27,040 bases of DNA from a virus (IMGVR_UViG_3300012942_000120:1-27040); one strand, 5' to 3'. Shown: positions 9,669-18,567, numbered from the stretch's first letter. Notes: generated by a model from the sequence alone, not told the origin. Translations and numbers: made by a program.

Positions 9669-10511
9669 TTATCCTTGAAAAGCGTTAATTAGGTTCTGCA
9701 GCGAGACTGCAACGTCGTCGCCAGCGCCCGGCATGGCGTGTTCCGCGGCAGCGCCCGGCTTGCCGTCGAATAGGGCCTTGAACGCTTCGCGGCGCGCGCT
9801 ACGTGAATATCCAGCGCTCGCCATTGAAGCTTCCACGAGCGCCATTGCCTTACGCTGGGCGCTCGCATTCGAATCTTTCGCGATTTGCGCGCTCTCCAGC
9901 AGGCCACTCGCGAAACCATCCGCAACGGCCTGCTCGGCGCCAATCCACGATTCCTTGTCCATCAGTGCAACGGCCTCATCCTGCGTGATGCCCGCGCGCT
10001 GGGAATACACCTTCGCCATCGCGGCGTCGAACGGCGCGAGAATTTCCGACGCCTGCGCAAGGTCGTGCCGATTGCCGATAGCGACCGTCCACGCGTTGTG
10101 AATCATGAGGAAAGCGCCGTCACCCATCAGGATTTCGTCGGCCGCCATCGTGATCACCGAAGCCGCTGACGCCGCAAGCCCGATGACGTTGACCGTCACT
10201 TTCGCCTTGTGCTCGCGCAGCAGGTTGTAAATCGCGACGCCCTCAAAAAAATCGCCACCGGGAGAATTGATGTTCACCGTCACATCCCGGGCGCCGATAT
10301 TGCGCAGCGCTGAGCTGACGCGTTTTGCAGTGACCCCGGTGCCTTCCCAGTTGTCGCCAATCGAGTCGTAAATCGAGATCGATGCGACATCGTCAGAAGA
10401 CGCTGCCCGGGCGGCCGGCTCCCATCGGGCCAACGCATCAGGTCGCAAATCGAATTGCGCCTTATTGAGCCGGTGATCGGCTCGGATTTCAGGCAGTCTG
10501 AGCAGGCTCAT
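9669..10511 (-). CDS. Prohead maturation protease, ClpP (S14) type
   Basis: INSPGGDFFEGVAIYNLL, GLAASAASVI (catalytic Ser), LMIHNAW (His). Lies between portal and capsid. Confidence 0.93.
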   Translation of the reverse strand: MSLLRLPEIRADHRLNKAQFDLRPDALARWEPAARAASSDDVASISIYDSIGDNWEGTGVTAKRVSSALRNIGARDVTVNINSPGGDFFEGVAIYNLLREHKAKVTVNVIGLAASAASVITMAADEILMGDGAFLMIHNAWTVAIGNRHDLAQASEILAPFDAAMAKVYSQRAGITQDEAVALMDKESWIGAEQAVADGFASGLLESAQIAKDSNASAQRKAMALVEASMASAGYSRSARREAFKALFDGKPGAAAEHAMPGAGDDVAVSLQNLINAFQG

Positions 10512-11772
10512 CGCTGGTCCCCTTCGGTTTCTGGGTCATTGGGTTGCGCAGCGCATCAGTCTGCGGATCGTCGGATTTCGGCAAGTCGGACAGTTCTCGA
10601 ACTTCGTTTTGAGACATCCACGGCGCCTGTCCACCGGCACCGAGCGCCTTCGAGAAGAACGACGCCTGGTCGTTGAGCGTGCCGCGCAGCAGCGCACCCT
10701 CGTTGAACTTGTATTGCAATAGGCCGAGTTGACTGTCGGGAATGAAGCTGCGCGCAGCAGCCTGTTCCCAAGACACAAACCAGTGCGCAAGGCCGTATTG
10801 AATGAAAAATATCGCGAGCTGCTCGATGCCACTGCCCCAGCTAGTGTCATCCATCATCAATAGAGGTCGTGGCACGCCGTACATGCGAGCGACCTCTTCA
10901 ATCTGATGGTTGCGTGTCTCGATCTGCTGTGCAGATACCGCAGTGGCGGTGAATTGCTTCGCAGTTGCGCCCTCTTCCAGCAACATCCAGCGGCCGGCGT
11001 TGTCGGCGCCAGCATAATTCGTGTCGAGTGATCCGCGCATACGCCCGTAGGCGTTGTCTGAAAGCTCTTTCGGCACCTCAATCGCGCCGCCCGCCATCAC
11101 GCCAGTTCGGAATGTGCGCGACGCAGCTCGCTCTGCCTGCTCGGCGAGCTCTAAGCTTTCCCTCGATAGGCGTATGCGAGAGATACCGCATACTCCGTCG
11201 AGCGACAGATCACGCAAATGGAACACATCGCGCGCCGGCAGCGTGATCATGCCGTCGCCCGGCGTCGTATAGTCGTAGACCATCTGCCAGGCAGCCGTGA
11301 GGCGCGGCTTCGTCGAGCCGCGATCCATCGGAATCAGCCGGACTGGACGATTACCCGTCCATATGACACGCGCGAAGGATTGCCCGTCGAGCAACGCGCG
11401 AAGTTGCATCAGACTCTTGAATTCAATCGGCGTCTGCCAGTCGTTTGGCTTGTATTTGAGCAACCTGTGCGCCGGATTATCGATCTGCACCCGCTTCTGA
11501 TCGTCGCTGCTTTGCAGATTCAGCGGCAGCATGCCGATTGCTTGGGAAATCAAAGTCACGCAGCGCAGCACAGCCATATTGCGTAACGCGTGCATGCCGC
11601 GCGGGTCATACCCATCGATTTCCCCTCGGCGGATGTACTCGAGCAAACGCGGATCATCCATGCCGGTGAATGTGTCGCCGCCGGAAGGGATTTCAGCGCG
11701 GATCGATGGCTCCTGAGAACGAGTTTGGGCCTCCGGCTGACTACCTCGCCGGAAGAAATCGAGCAAACTCAT
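10489..11772 (-). CDS. Portal protein, HK97 family
   Basis: From ATG 11772 (GAGGTGA RBS). AVLRCVTLISQAIGMLPL, KPNDWQTPIEF, DVFHLR, EEVARMYGVP, MSQNEVR. Confidence 0.95.
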   Translation of the reverse strand: MSLLDFFRRGSQPEAQTRSQEPSIRAEIPSGGDTFTGMDDPRLLEYIRRGEIDGYDPRGMHALRNMAVLRCVTLISQAIGMLPLNLQSSDDQKRVQIDNPAHRLLKYKPNDWQTPIEFKSLMQLRALLDGQSFARVIWTGNRPVRLIPMDRGSTKPRLTAAWQMVYDYTTPGDGMITLPARDVFHLRDLSLDGVCGISRIRLSRESLELAEQAERAASRTFRTGVMAGGAIEVPKELSDNAYGRMRGSLDTNYAGADNAGRWMLLEEGATAKQFTATAVSAQQIETRNHQIEEVARMYGVPRPLLMMDDTSWGSGIEQLAIFFIQYGLAHWFVSWEQAAARSFIPDSQLGLLQYKFNEGALLRGTLNDQASFFSKALGAGGQAPWMSQNEVRELSDLPKSDDPQTDALRNPMTQKPKGTSDEPAQTA

Positions 11773-11779
11773 TCTCACC

Positions 11780-13513
11780 TCAAAGGAATCGGATGCCGCG
11801 CGACTCATACACGGACGGCCCTTGAGCCGGCGGGTTGAGCGCCATCAGCGATACCGCATCGAAAATTGCCATGAGCGGATCGATTTTCCCCGTTCCGCTG
11901 GCCTGTTTTGTGATGTTCACCGCGTTGCCGACCGGCACTACACGCGCGTTACCGACGGCCCATGCCATCAATGGCTGCCCGCCGTGAATGAGGATGCCAT
12001 CGGGCGCCTGACCGTCCGCGAGACGACGCCCGCTCGCCGCAGCGATGCGACGCTCGGCGGTCTTGATTGCGCCGGAAAGCTTCCAACCCTGCGAAATGCC
12101 GATTACCTTCTCTTGTGGCACCTTTGCTTCGGCCAGCGCGTCGAGAACTCCCCCGATCCCGGCCGGATCAGCGCCTACCTGATATAGGAGACCGGCTTTC
12201 TCGACCGTCGCGACGATCGCGGCGACATCTGAAACATCGTCGCCGATCAGCTCCACGACGGTCAGATCGCCGTCCTTTTCGAAGTCGCGCAAGCGCTCGG
12301 CGATCTCCTTTCTGCGGTCAAACACAGAGGGATGCGCCCAAGCATGCGTCCAGGTTAGCCAGTTCCGCGTCCCCGTCTCGCGCCCGACAAGCGCAAGGCC
12401 AAGCAAGTCATCCAAACCGCCGCCGTCGACGCCAACCGCAATAACTTCGCACCGCGCGATCAACTCCTCGACAGTCAGTTTCGGTGCCTTCGCGGCGGCC
12501 TCCCAGAAGTCAGCTCCGGCCCAGCGGTCGCTACGCAATGCGAGGCCGATCTCGACGTTTCCGTGCTTCGCCAGGAAGCCTCGAAGCGATGCCTCGCCCT
12601 CTTCGCTCGCCTTGCGGTGCTCGCGTACCAGAAAGGCTTCGTCGACGGAGTAACCAAGGTTCGGATTTACCATCCCGAGGTTTTCGACGCGCAAATGCCC
12701 CCTTGACTTGACCATCTCCGGCGGATGCTCGTAGATGATCGGGAGAAACTGCGGATCGTGAATCTTGCCGTCGCGAACATCGCGCGCGTATTGCAGCTTT
12801 TCCCTGAAAACACCGGCCGGCGGATCATCGCTCTGGGTTGTGATCCAGATAACGAAACCTTCTGGGCGCGACGCTAAACCACCGAGCGCCTCGCGCAGCA
12901 TTTCTTTCGCCCCAGCCTGCTTACCAAAGAGCCAAAGTTCTTCAATCAGCGTGCCAACGCTTTTTTTGCCGGCCGCCGTGTTTGGGTCGGCTGCGATAAC
13001 CTTTAGCGTCGCATTTTTCTCGCGATGCGTAAGCGTTTTTATATGCGACTGGACATGAATGATGTCCGCGAGCTGGTCATCCTCTTCTGGCTCTTCGAAC
13101 GCCACCATATCCTTCGCGGGGCCGAAGCTGTTGTTCGCGACTTCAAGTGTCGGCGCAAGAATGGTGAACTCCGCCGACTGACGCCAATTGCGGATCAGGC
13201 AGGTGAGCATGATCGACGCCGCCAAGCCAGACTTGAAGTTTTTTTTCGGCAGCATCACAAACCATTCCGTGATGAGTCGGCGCCCGCTCGCAGCGTCGTA
13301 CGCGCCGAACACTGTCGCCGCGAGATCGAAAATCCACTGCCCCGACGCCTCGCCAATAGTCGGGCTGCCGGGCGCATCGACGATACGCAGCGAGCGCATT
13401 ACCTCAAGTCCTCGCTCGGCCTCTTCCGGAAAGATCGGCGCTGGAATAATTGACCGCCCTTCCCGGAGCCGCTCAGCCCAATCAGGGCATGCGGTCGTCC
13501 ATTCTGGTGTCAC
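11780..13513 (-). CDS. terL: Terminase large subunit
   Basis: 577 aa. Walker A-like PKKNFKS, Walker B-like TLIEE, ITTQS coupling motif, nuclease VGVDGGGLDDL and C-terminal KIDPLMA. Confidence 0.95.
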   Translation of the reverse strand: MTPEWTTACPDWAERLREGRSIIPAPIFPEEAERGLEVMRSLRIVDAPGSPTIGEASGQWIFDLAATVFGAYDAASGRRLITEWFVMLPKKNFKSGLAASIMLTCLIRNWRQSAEFTILAPTLEVANNSFGPAKDMVAFEEPEEDDQLADIIHVQSHIKTLTHREKNATLKVIAADPNTAAGKKSVGTLIEELWLFGKQAGAKEMLREALGGLASRPEGFVIWITTQSDDPPAGVFREKLQYARDVRDGKIHDPQFLPIIYEHPPEMVKSRGHLRVENLGMVNPNLGYSVDEAFLVREHRKASEEGEASLRGFLAKHGNVEIGLALRSDRWAGADFWEAAAKAPKLTVEELIARCEVIAVGVDGGGLDDLLGLALVGRETGTRNWLTWTHAWAHPSVFDRRKEIAERLRDFEKDGDLTVVELIGDDVSDVAAIVATVEKAGLLYQVGADPAGIGGVLDALAEAKVPQEKVIGISQGWKLSGAIKTAERRIAAASGRRLADGQAPDGILIHGGQPLMAWAVGNARVVPVGNAVNITKQASGTGKIDPLMAIFDAVSLMALNPPAQGPSVYESRGIRFL

Positions 13514-14022
13514 ACGCCTTTCCCGCCAGAAGCAACTAGCTTGGGAGGCGCTGCCGACGCGAAGCGACCGCCGCCCGCCTTCTTGGCAGCTTCCCTCTGA
13601 GCATCTTTCTTGCCGCCCTCGCCGGGCTTTTGATGCATGAACGGCATCAGCGCCTTCGCTGCGTCAACGCGAAGCTTGGGCTCGGTGCTCTGGTCATTCA
13701 TGGCGGCGATAAGGAACTGCTTCGGGTCGTTGAACGTCAGGATGGAGTCGAGATCGAAACCAGCCGCTACTGCAGCCTTCGTGACCGCCACCGCGTCAGC
13801 GGCAGGAGCGCCCTTCGCCGCCTTTAAGGCCGGCGCAGGCTTCGCTCCAGCTTTCTTGCGATGCTGAGCGAGGTAAGCCGCAACGTCCTTGTCTTTAACA
13901 AGGCGAGATCCGGCGGCCGATGCAGTCGCCGAACTGTAACCGGCGGCGATTGCCGCGTCCTTATTGGACTTCCCGGCTAAAACAGCATCGGCAAATGCCC
14001 GCTTTTTGCTGTTAAAAGCCAT
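13510..14022 (-). CDS. terS: Terminase small subunit
   Basis: From ATG 14022: HTH-like KRAFADAVLAGKSNKDAAIAAGYS...AGSRL, then LRVDAAKALMPFMH. Overlaps the terL start (GTGA). Confidence 0.88.
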   Translation of the reverse strand: MAFNSKKRAFADAVLAGKSNKDAAIAAGYSSATASAAGSRLVKDKDVAAYLAQHRKKAGAKPAPALKAAKGAPAADAVAVTKAAVAAGFDLDSILTFNDPKQFLIAAMNDQSTEPKLRVDAAKALMPFMHQKPGEGGKKDAQREAAKKAGGGRFASAAPPKLVASGGKGV

Positions 14023-14039
14023 TAACAAAATCCTCAAAC

Positions 14040-14112
14040 GGGGAAAAATTCTGTGCGTGCGGGAACGGTCGGTCTAGCGCCTAAATAGCCCCAAACTTTC
14101 GACACCCCCATC
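14040..14112 (-). other. Putative cos (packaging/cleavage) region
   Basis: Non-coding stretch between HNH and terS. Minus strand GGGGGTGTCGAAAGT...CTAGACCGACCGTTCCCGCACGCACAGAATTTTTCCCC resembles end regions of HNH-associated cos phages. Exact cut site not determinable. Confidence 0.55.
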
Positions 14113-14129
14113 CATTAGGCATTTTCTAT

Positions 14130-14217
14130 GTTGCAAATTCGCAACATTCGGGTCAACTTCGTTGTTTTTTCGCAACATTGAGGCGAACCGCCCTCGAAAC
14201 CGTTGGTTCCACGCAAC
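14130..14217. repeat. Three GTTG-N8-CAAC palindromic boxes
   Basis: 14130-14145 GTTGcaaattcgCAAC, 14161-14176 GTTGttttttcgCAAC, 14202-14217 GTTGgttccacgCAAC. Confidence 0.7.
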
Positions 14218-14221
14218 TGTT

Positions 14222-14620
14222 TCACGAAATCGCTTCCCGACCGCGCTCGGCCTGCGCTTTCTCGCTGTCGTGATGGGGTTTGCAGAGCGTCTGCACATTG
14301 GTAGGGTCGAGCCGCAGTCGATCGTCACCACGATGTGGAACGATGTGGTCGCCGATGTTGCCCAGCGGTTCAGCTACGCCACGTGCCGCGCACTGGAGCA
14401 CCACGTCAGCAGGCGACAGCGTGGTCATACCGAGGTCGCGCAGACAGAACACGCAATGCGGATGCGCCGCGAGGTGTCGCGCGCGCAGTTGCTGCCAGTC
14501 GTAGCCGTATCCACGCGCTGCGCTGCTCGTCTTGCCTACACGCCACGAGCCGGGCTGCACGATCGCAACACGGCTAGGCAACGACGACAGGCGAGACGGC
14601 AGCGTGCGAAGGCGCGGCAT
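14222..14620 (-). CDS. HNH endonuclease (HK97 gp74-like terminase cofactor)
   Basis: RGYGYDWQQLRARHL..HPHCVFC...DHIVPHRGD...NVQTLCKPHHDSEK. Lies immediately upstream of cos/terS. Confidence 0.92.
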   Translation of the reverse strand: MPRLRTLPSRLSSLPSRVAIVQPGSWRVGKTSSAARGYGYDWQQLRARHLAAHPHCVFCLRDLGMTTLSPADVVLQCAARGVAEPLGNIGDHIVPHRGDDRLRLDPTNVQTLCKPHHDSEKAQAERGREAIS

Positions 14621-14627
14621 GCAGCGA

Positions 14628-14963
14628 TCAGGCAGCCGGATACGCAGCGGCGAGCGCAGCGTTCGTTGCGTCCTGCACGGCCGCGTCGGTCAGGTTCGCA
14701 TCGATCGCCTTCAGCGCGAGCGCGATCTTGATTGCCGTGTCGACGGTCGTGTTCGTGGTCGCCGGCGATGCCGGCGCTGCTGCGGGAGTGCTCATGGTCG
14801 ATCCTTCGATGCGGGTTGAGGAAATGAGGGCGGTCAGTCGAGCCACCTCCGCGGCCACGTCAGTTTCGACGCTCGTCGCCGTTTGCTCGGCTTTCTGCTC
14901 AACAGCTTTCGCCTCGCCGGTGAACCACGAGACGACCTTCTGAATGATGGCTTTGAGGTTCAT
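14628..14963 (-). CDS. Hypothetical Ala-rich protein, first gene of the late operon
   Basis: 111 aa ORF with phage-like codons. Possible internal start at 14795. Confidence 0.6.
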   Translation of the reverse strand: MNLKAIIQKVVSWFTGEAKAVEQKAEQTATSVETDVAAEVARLTALISSTRIEGSTMSTPAAAPASPATTNTTVDTAIKIALALKAIDANLTDAAVQDATNAALAAAYPAA

Positions 14964-15022
14964 TTGACGGGCGTAAAATTGATGCGCCGGGAGGGCCGGC
15001 GAATCCTATGGAGAAAATCTAG

Positions 15023-15211
15023 ATGGCGATCTATACCGACGAAGAGGCACTCGATAAGGCAATTGAACTCATCGACACAGCTCTTTCTGCGGGAAGTCTT
15101 GCGCCCATCGTTCCGTCGAATATGGGCAATGCCGAAGCTAGCGGCAAGAAAGTGGGGGAATACATTGGCGCGGCCGTCGAAGCGCTACGCGATAAATTGA
15201 AGACGCTCTGA
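15023..15211 (+). CDS. Small hypothetical protein (moron, antisense to the late operon)
   Basis: GGAGA RBS, 62 aa amphipathic sequence. Stops right at the 15214-15245 hairpin. Confidence 0.65.
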   Translation: MAIYTDEEALDKAIELIDTALSAGSLAPIVPSNMGNAEASGKKVGEYIGAAVEALRDKLKTL

Positions 15212-15213
15212 TG

Positions 15214-15245
15214 AAAAAAGCCCGCTTGCTTTCGCTTGCGGGCTT
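15214..15245 (-). terminator. Late terminator (tR'-like), possibly bidirectional
   Basis: Minus strand GCCCGC-AA-GC-GAAA-GC-AA-GCGGGC-TTTTTT, about 30-60 nt downstream of the late promoter start. Confidence 0.8.
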
Positions 15246-15280
15246 CCTGTTCGCACCAAGGGTACGGTATATGAAAATGG

Positions 15281-15309
15281 AGTATATGGCCGCTATTTCG
15301 GCCAGTCAA
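15281..15309 (-). promoter_or_regulatory. Late promoter (pR'-like)
   Basis: TTGACT (15309-15304), 17 nt spacer, TATACT (15286-15281). The -35 overlaps the stop of the Q-like gene. The spacer contains the inverted repeat GGCCG-AAATAG-CGGCC. Confidence 0.85.
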
Positions 15310-15875
15310 GCCCCAATCAGCATTCCCGACTCACTCAGTTGATCGTAGAGATCCGCCCATGCGCTCTTTTCCAGAGCCTTGAGATACGCAGCAATCGCCG
15401 ATGCGTGACGTCCTGCCGTGCGCGCAGGAATGCCGAGGTTGTCGGAGACGTCCGTGACGCTGAGCTTTTCGCCGAAGTGACGCATGATGACGGCGACGCG
15501 GAAGCGGTGCACTGGCGGCAATATTTCCAGGGCATCGACGCATGCGCTGGATAGCTGACTCACCGCATCCTGAAACATCGGGCTTACCTTCCATCCGCTG
15601 CAGCACGCGCTCATGCAGCTGCACTGCTCCCGCCGCGGCGCACTGCGAGCGATCACGGCTAGCATGCGCAAGTGCTCCATCCTGCCCAGCTCCGCCATGA
15701 CCATGCCGGACTGAGCGGCGCCGTCAAGGCCGACAAGCCCGCGACCACTGCCAGATCCGCCACGCTGCAGCAGCTTCGCCATCGGCGACATCGCGTACTG
15801 CTGGGCCGAGTAGTGACAGGCGAACAGAACCGCCTCTTGCGCGCTCTTGAAGATTCCCTCGTGAGTTGCTTCCAT
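15306..15875 (-). CDS. Late-gene regulator, antiterminator Q-like
   Basis: ATG 15875 with AAGGTG RBS, 189 aa. Cys cluster CSCMSACCSG and C-terminal HTH-like segment. Immediately followed by a promoter plus terminator, as for lambdoid Q. Confidence 0.7.
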   Translation of the reverse strand: MEATHEGIFKSAQEAVLFACHYSAQQYAMSPMAKLLQRGGSGSGRGLVGLDGAAQSGMVMAELGRMEHLRMLAVIARSAPRREQCSCMSACCSGWKVSPMFQDAVSQLSSACVDALEILPPVHRFRVAVIMRHFGEKLSVTDVSDNLGIPARTAGRHASAIAAYLKALEKSAWADLYDQLSESGMLIGA

Positions 15876-15898
15876 GTTCACCTTGTTGTTCGAGTTTC

Positions 15899-16150
15899 TC
15901 AGGGGACGACGACGAACGGAATTCCATGACAGGTCAGCCAGTCGCCCAACGCGTGTCGAAGTTCGAGGCTGTGCGGCCACGCGTATTCGATCTGTGAGAC
16001 GCCATCCGACGTTAGGCTGATCTCGCCGCTGAACGGGCAGTTATCGAACGCGACGAGTTCGGCGCCGGTAACGATGTCGCGATGCCGCAGCGCCGATTCG
16101 AGCAACTGACCGGGCACGTCGGCATATTGGATATAGGCATGCGCGCTCAA
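15899..16150 (-). CDS. Hypothetical protein (83 aa)
   Basis: TTG start overlapping the upstream TGA. SAHAYIQYADVP...LGDWLTCHGIPFVVVP. Confidence 0.6.
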   Translation of the reverse strand: MSAHAYIQYADVPGQLLESALRHRDIVTGAELVAFDNCPFSGEISLTSDGVSQIEYAWPHSLELRHALGDWLTCHGIPFVVVP

Positions 16151-16476
16151 GCGGCCGCCTTCTGTTCGAACGTCCAGTCGATCGCGCCGCTCGCGAGGAA
16201 GTCCGGAACGATCGGCGACTTGTCGGCCGCATCGACGGACAGCCAGCAAAGCGCGTTGGAAACCCGCTTGCTGTCGTTCCGGCTGACGAAGCGCCGCAGA
16301 TGCTCTGGCACGAACGCCAATGCCTGCACGCCCAAGAATTGCCCACGCCACATGACGCGTCGCAACGCGATAACATCGGCCGCGAAGCGGTACGGCTGGG
16401 GCGCAACAATCCCCATCGACCCGACTGACGATTGCCGGCGACCCACGTCTGGATATAGCTCTACGTCGACTTTCAA
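16147..16476 (-). CDS. Hypothetical protein
   Basis: 109 aa, translationally coupled at both ends, GGAGG upstream. Confidence 0.6.
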   Translation of the reverse strand: MKVDVELYPDVGRRQSSVGSMGIVAPQPYRFAADVIALRRVMWRGQFLGVQALAFVPEHLRRFVSRNDSKRVSNALCWLSVDAADKSPIVPDFLASGAIDWTFEQKAAA

Positions 16477-16763
16477 TTTTCAAACCTCCATTCCGTATCG
16501 CCGCTAGCGATAAATTCAGACAGCGACTTTCGGTTTAGGCTCACGCGAGCGGAGCATCTCAGCACTTCCACCGACTTCCACGAACTCAATGGCGCGAAGA
16601 TCGCCCTGCGGTGATGCGGCGGTATATAAGCGTCGACCACTACAGCTTCGTCGCTCCACATGCCGCTCACCGTGACACGCAGGACGGCGTGCACCGTCGT
16701 TTCAAACGTGTCTATGCCGACGCCGGCTTTAGTTCCCACATGCACGTCGACAAGCAATCTCAT
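16473..16763 (-). CDS. Hypothetical protein (96 aa)
   Basis: ATGA coupling with the upstream gene at 16760-16763. Confidence 0.55.
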   Translation of the reverse strand: MRLLVDVHVGTKAGVGIDTFETTVHAVLRVTVSGMWSDEAVVVDAYIPPHHRRAIFAPLSSWKSVEVLRCSARVSLNRKSLSEFIASGDTEWRFEN

Positions 16764-17197
16764 GCCTGCGCGCCCGTGGATGCCATTTTTCGTGCTCGAC
16801 GCGGCTTCCACCGCTCCAGCGCGTCATTGAAAACGGCGCACTTCTCTTCCCACGACGCGCCGCCGCGGTCGAGCCATTCATGACATGCCGAGCACCCTGG
16901 CACGGTGAACCAGTGCTTCGCTTTCAGCGCGCCGGCCTTGCCGTGAGCCGACTGATTCGAATGACAGTCGACTACCGTAGGATCGGCCCAATCAGTCCAA
17001 GGGCATTTGATGTTCAGGTAGCAAGGCTCATCGCGGCATGCCGCCAAATACTTCGAGCCTTCGGCGACAGTCGGCTTCTTCATGCGGCTTTTCATCGCCG
17101 TTCGCCGCAGCGCGGTTCCACGATTCGCGAAGCTGCTGAACGGCGAACCGGGATTGCGCGCAAAACCGGTTTGCTTCATCTGCGTCGAACGCTTCAT
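16760..17197 (-). CDS. DUF1364-like Zn-binding putative nuclease (nin-region)
   Basis: YLAACRDEPCYL...TVVDCHSNQSAHGK...KA...VPGCSACHEWLD. ATGA-coupled start at 17197. Confidence 0.75.
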   Translation of the reverse strand: MKRSTQMKQTGFARNPGSPFSSFANRGTALRRTAMKSRMKKPTVAEGSKYLAACRDEPCYLNIKCPWTDWADPTVVDCHSNQSAHGKAGALKAKHWFTVPGCSACHEWLDRGGASWEEKCAVFNDALERWKPRRARKMASTGAQA

Positions 17198-17475
17198 TCG
17201 CCTTCCTGCTCGAAGAAACGCGCGCGGGTTCCACATCGGCCCACGACGATCGCCATCCAGTGCGGGTATTGGCGCTGGTTATATGCGAGCGCGTTGCGCG
17301 TATAGCGGCGCGTCTCGCCGTCAACCGGATCGATTTCACTCACCGTCGACGGATGCATGCACAGATGAGATCCTCCCGGCTGCGGGATGGTCGGAACGCC
17401 AGGACGTGTTGCCGGCTTCGACGACAGCGACGACGCCGACGTGGCGAAAAAACGGCACTCGACGCAAAGTCTCAC
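17194..17475 (-). CDS. Hypothetical Cys-containing protein
   Basis: GTGA-coupled. LCVECRF...CMHP...RCGTRARFFE. Confidence 0.65.
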   Translation of the reverse strand: MRLCVECRFFATSASSLSSKPATRPGVPTIPQPGGSHLCMHPSTVSEIDPVDGETRRYTRNALAYNQRQYPHWMAIVVGRCGTRARFFEQEGE

Positions 17476-17642
17476 GAGCGCTCCGGCATAACGCGGATCT
17501 CGACCGGCATACCGCTAGCAGCGATCAACGATCGCCGGCCTTCGCTCCAAAAATGAAATGCAAGCGCGCGGATCGCACTCGACGCGGTTCCGTTCGGATA
17601 CTTGCTATCGAAAAACGCGTCGAATTCTTCGAGTTCGGTCAT
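17472..17642 (-). CDS. Small hypothetical protein (56 aa)
   Basis: Hand translated MTELEEFDAFFDSKYPNG...VMPERS. Coupled at both ends and fills the gap exactly. Confidence 0.6.
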   Translation of the reverse strand: MTELEEFDAFFDSKYPNGTASSAIRALAFHFWSEGRRSLIAASGMPVEIRVMPERS

Positions 17643-18010
17643 GACGTCACCAGCTGCGTCAGCATCGATTTGAATGGGCTCGGTGCGCGCGCGCTGCGCC
17701 GAGCCTTGATCACGGCTTTGTTATTCCGGTACGACCGACGCCCAATTGCCCTGCGATCGGTTTCCGGTGGCGATGCATCCCTGCGATTTCCGAGCGCGAA
17801 CAGACCGGCCGGCAACCCAGCGCGACCAATCTGCGGGACGTAGCTCTTGATGTAAAAGTGCTTCTCGGGCGTCTTCCGTGCGGTGCTAATGCACGAGCTG
17901 ACCGTGGATTTCAGCATTCCGAGTTCGTCGGCCAGATCCTCCGTAGTCATCGGGCCGTGTTCTCGAATCAGCGCCTTTATCGCTTCGCGCGTTCTGGCTG
18001 GAGCCGGCAT
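17639..18010 (-). CDS. HTH-domain hypothetical protein
   Basis: REHGPMTTEDLADELGMLKSTVSSCI, winged-HTH-like. Confidence 0.7.
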   Translation of the reverse strand: MPAPARTREAIKALIREHGPMTTEDLADELGMLKSTVSSCISTARKTPEKHFYIKSYVPQIGRAGLPAGLFALGNRRDASPPETDRRAIGRRSYRNNKAVIKARRSARAPSPFKSMLTQLVTS

Positions 18011-18567
18011 CAGATTTCCTTTATGGATATGTCGTGCACAGCGAGCATTTGCTTCCGCTTCTGCACGTAAGCTGGGTTCTTCCGGGTCGCTGGCGACTTC
18101 ACGTCCTCAACGACCTGTGCTCCCGTGGCAACATCGATATAGACGAAGTCCGCTACATAGTTCGACGCGCGCTCCCACTTGCCGTCGTCTCGACGCTTGC
18201 GCGGGGTGAGTTCGAATGCCACCTGCAGACGCAAATCACGAATCTCGCCGCGCGCCTGCCGCTGCACCAGGTCGAACCAGTGCGAGCGCTCCTTCAGGCT
18301 GTCGAACTTGATTCCCTCGTGCTCGCACTTCGTGTTGCGATACTTCGCCATCTTCTTCGGCTTTGCCATGCTCAGCGGCGGCTGTGCGAACGGATCATCG
18401 AAATCGGATTCGTCTAGCGCACTGGGCTGCGGCAGGTTTCCAGTTGCCCGGTAGATCGCGAGTTGCGCCGCAGTCATCGGCGGGACGACCGATTCGCGCA
18501 CGCGCGCAGTGCCGACTGTATTTGTCCCGGCCGGGATAACCATCGGCCATGCGGCACGCTTCGTCAC
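18010..18567 (-). CDS. DUF1064-family PD-(D/E)XK nuclease (putative resolvase)
   Basis: KYRNTK..EGIKFDSLKE...DLRLQVAFEL...YVADFVY...VVEDVKS...YVQKRK. GTG start at 18567. Confidence 0.85.
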   Translation of the reverse strand: MTKRAAWPMVIPAGTNTVGTARVRESVVPPMTAAQLAIYRATGNLPQPSALDESDFDDPFAQPPLSMAKPKKMAKYRNTKCEHEGIKFDSLKERSHWFDLVQRQARGEIRDLRLQVAFELTPRKRRDDGKWERASNYVADFVYIDVATGAQVVEDVKSPATRKNPAYVQKRKQMLAVHDISIKEI

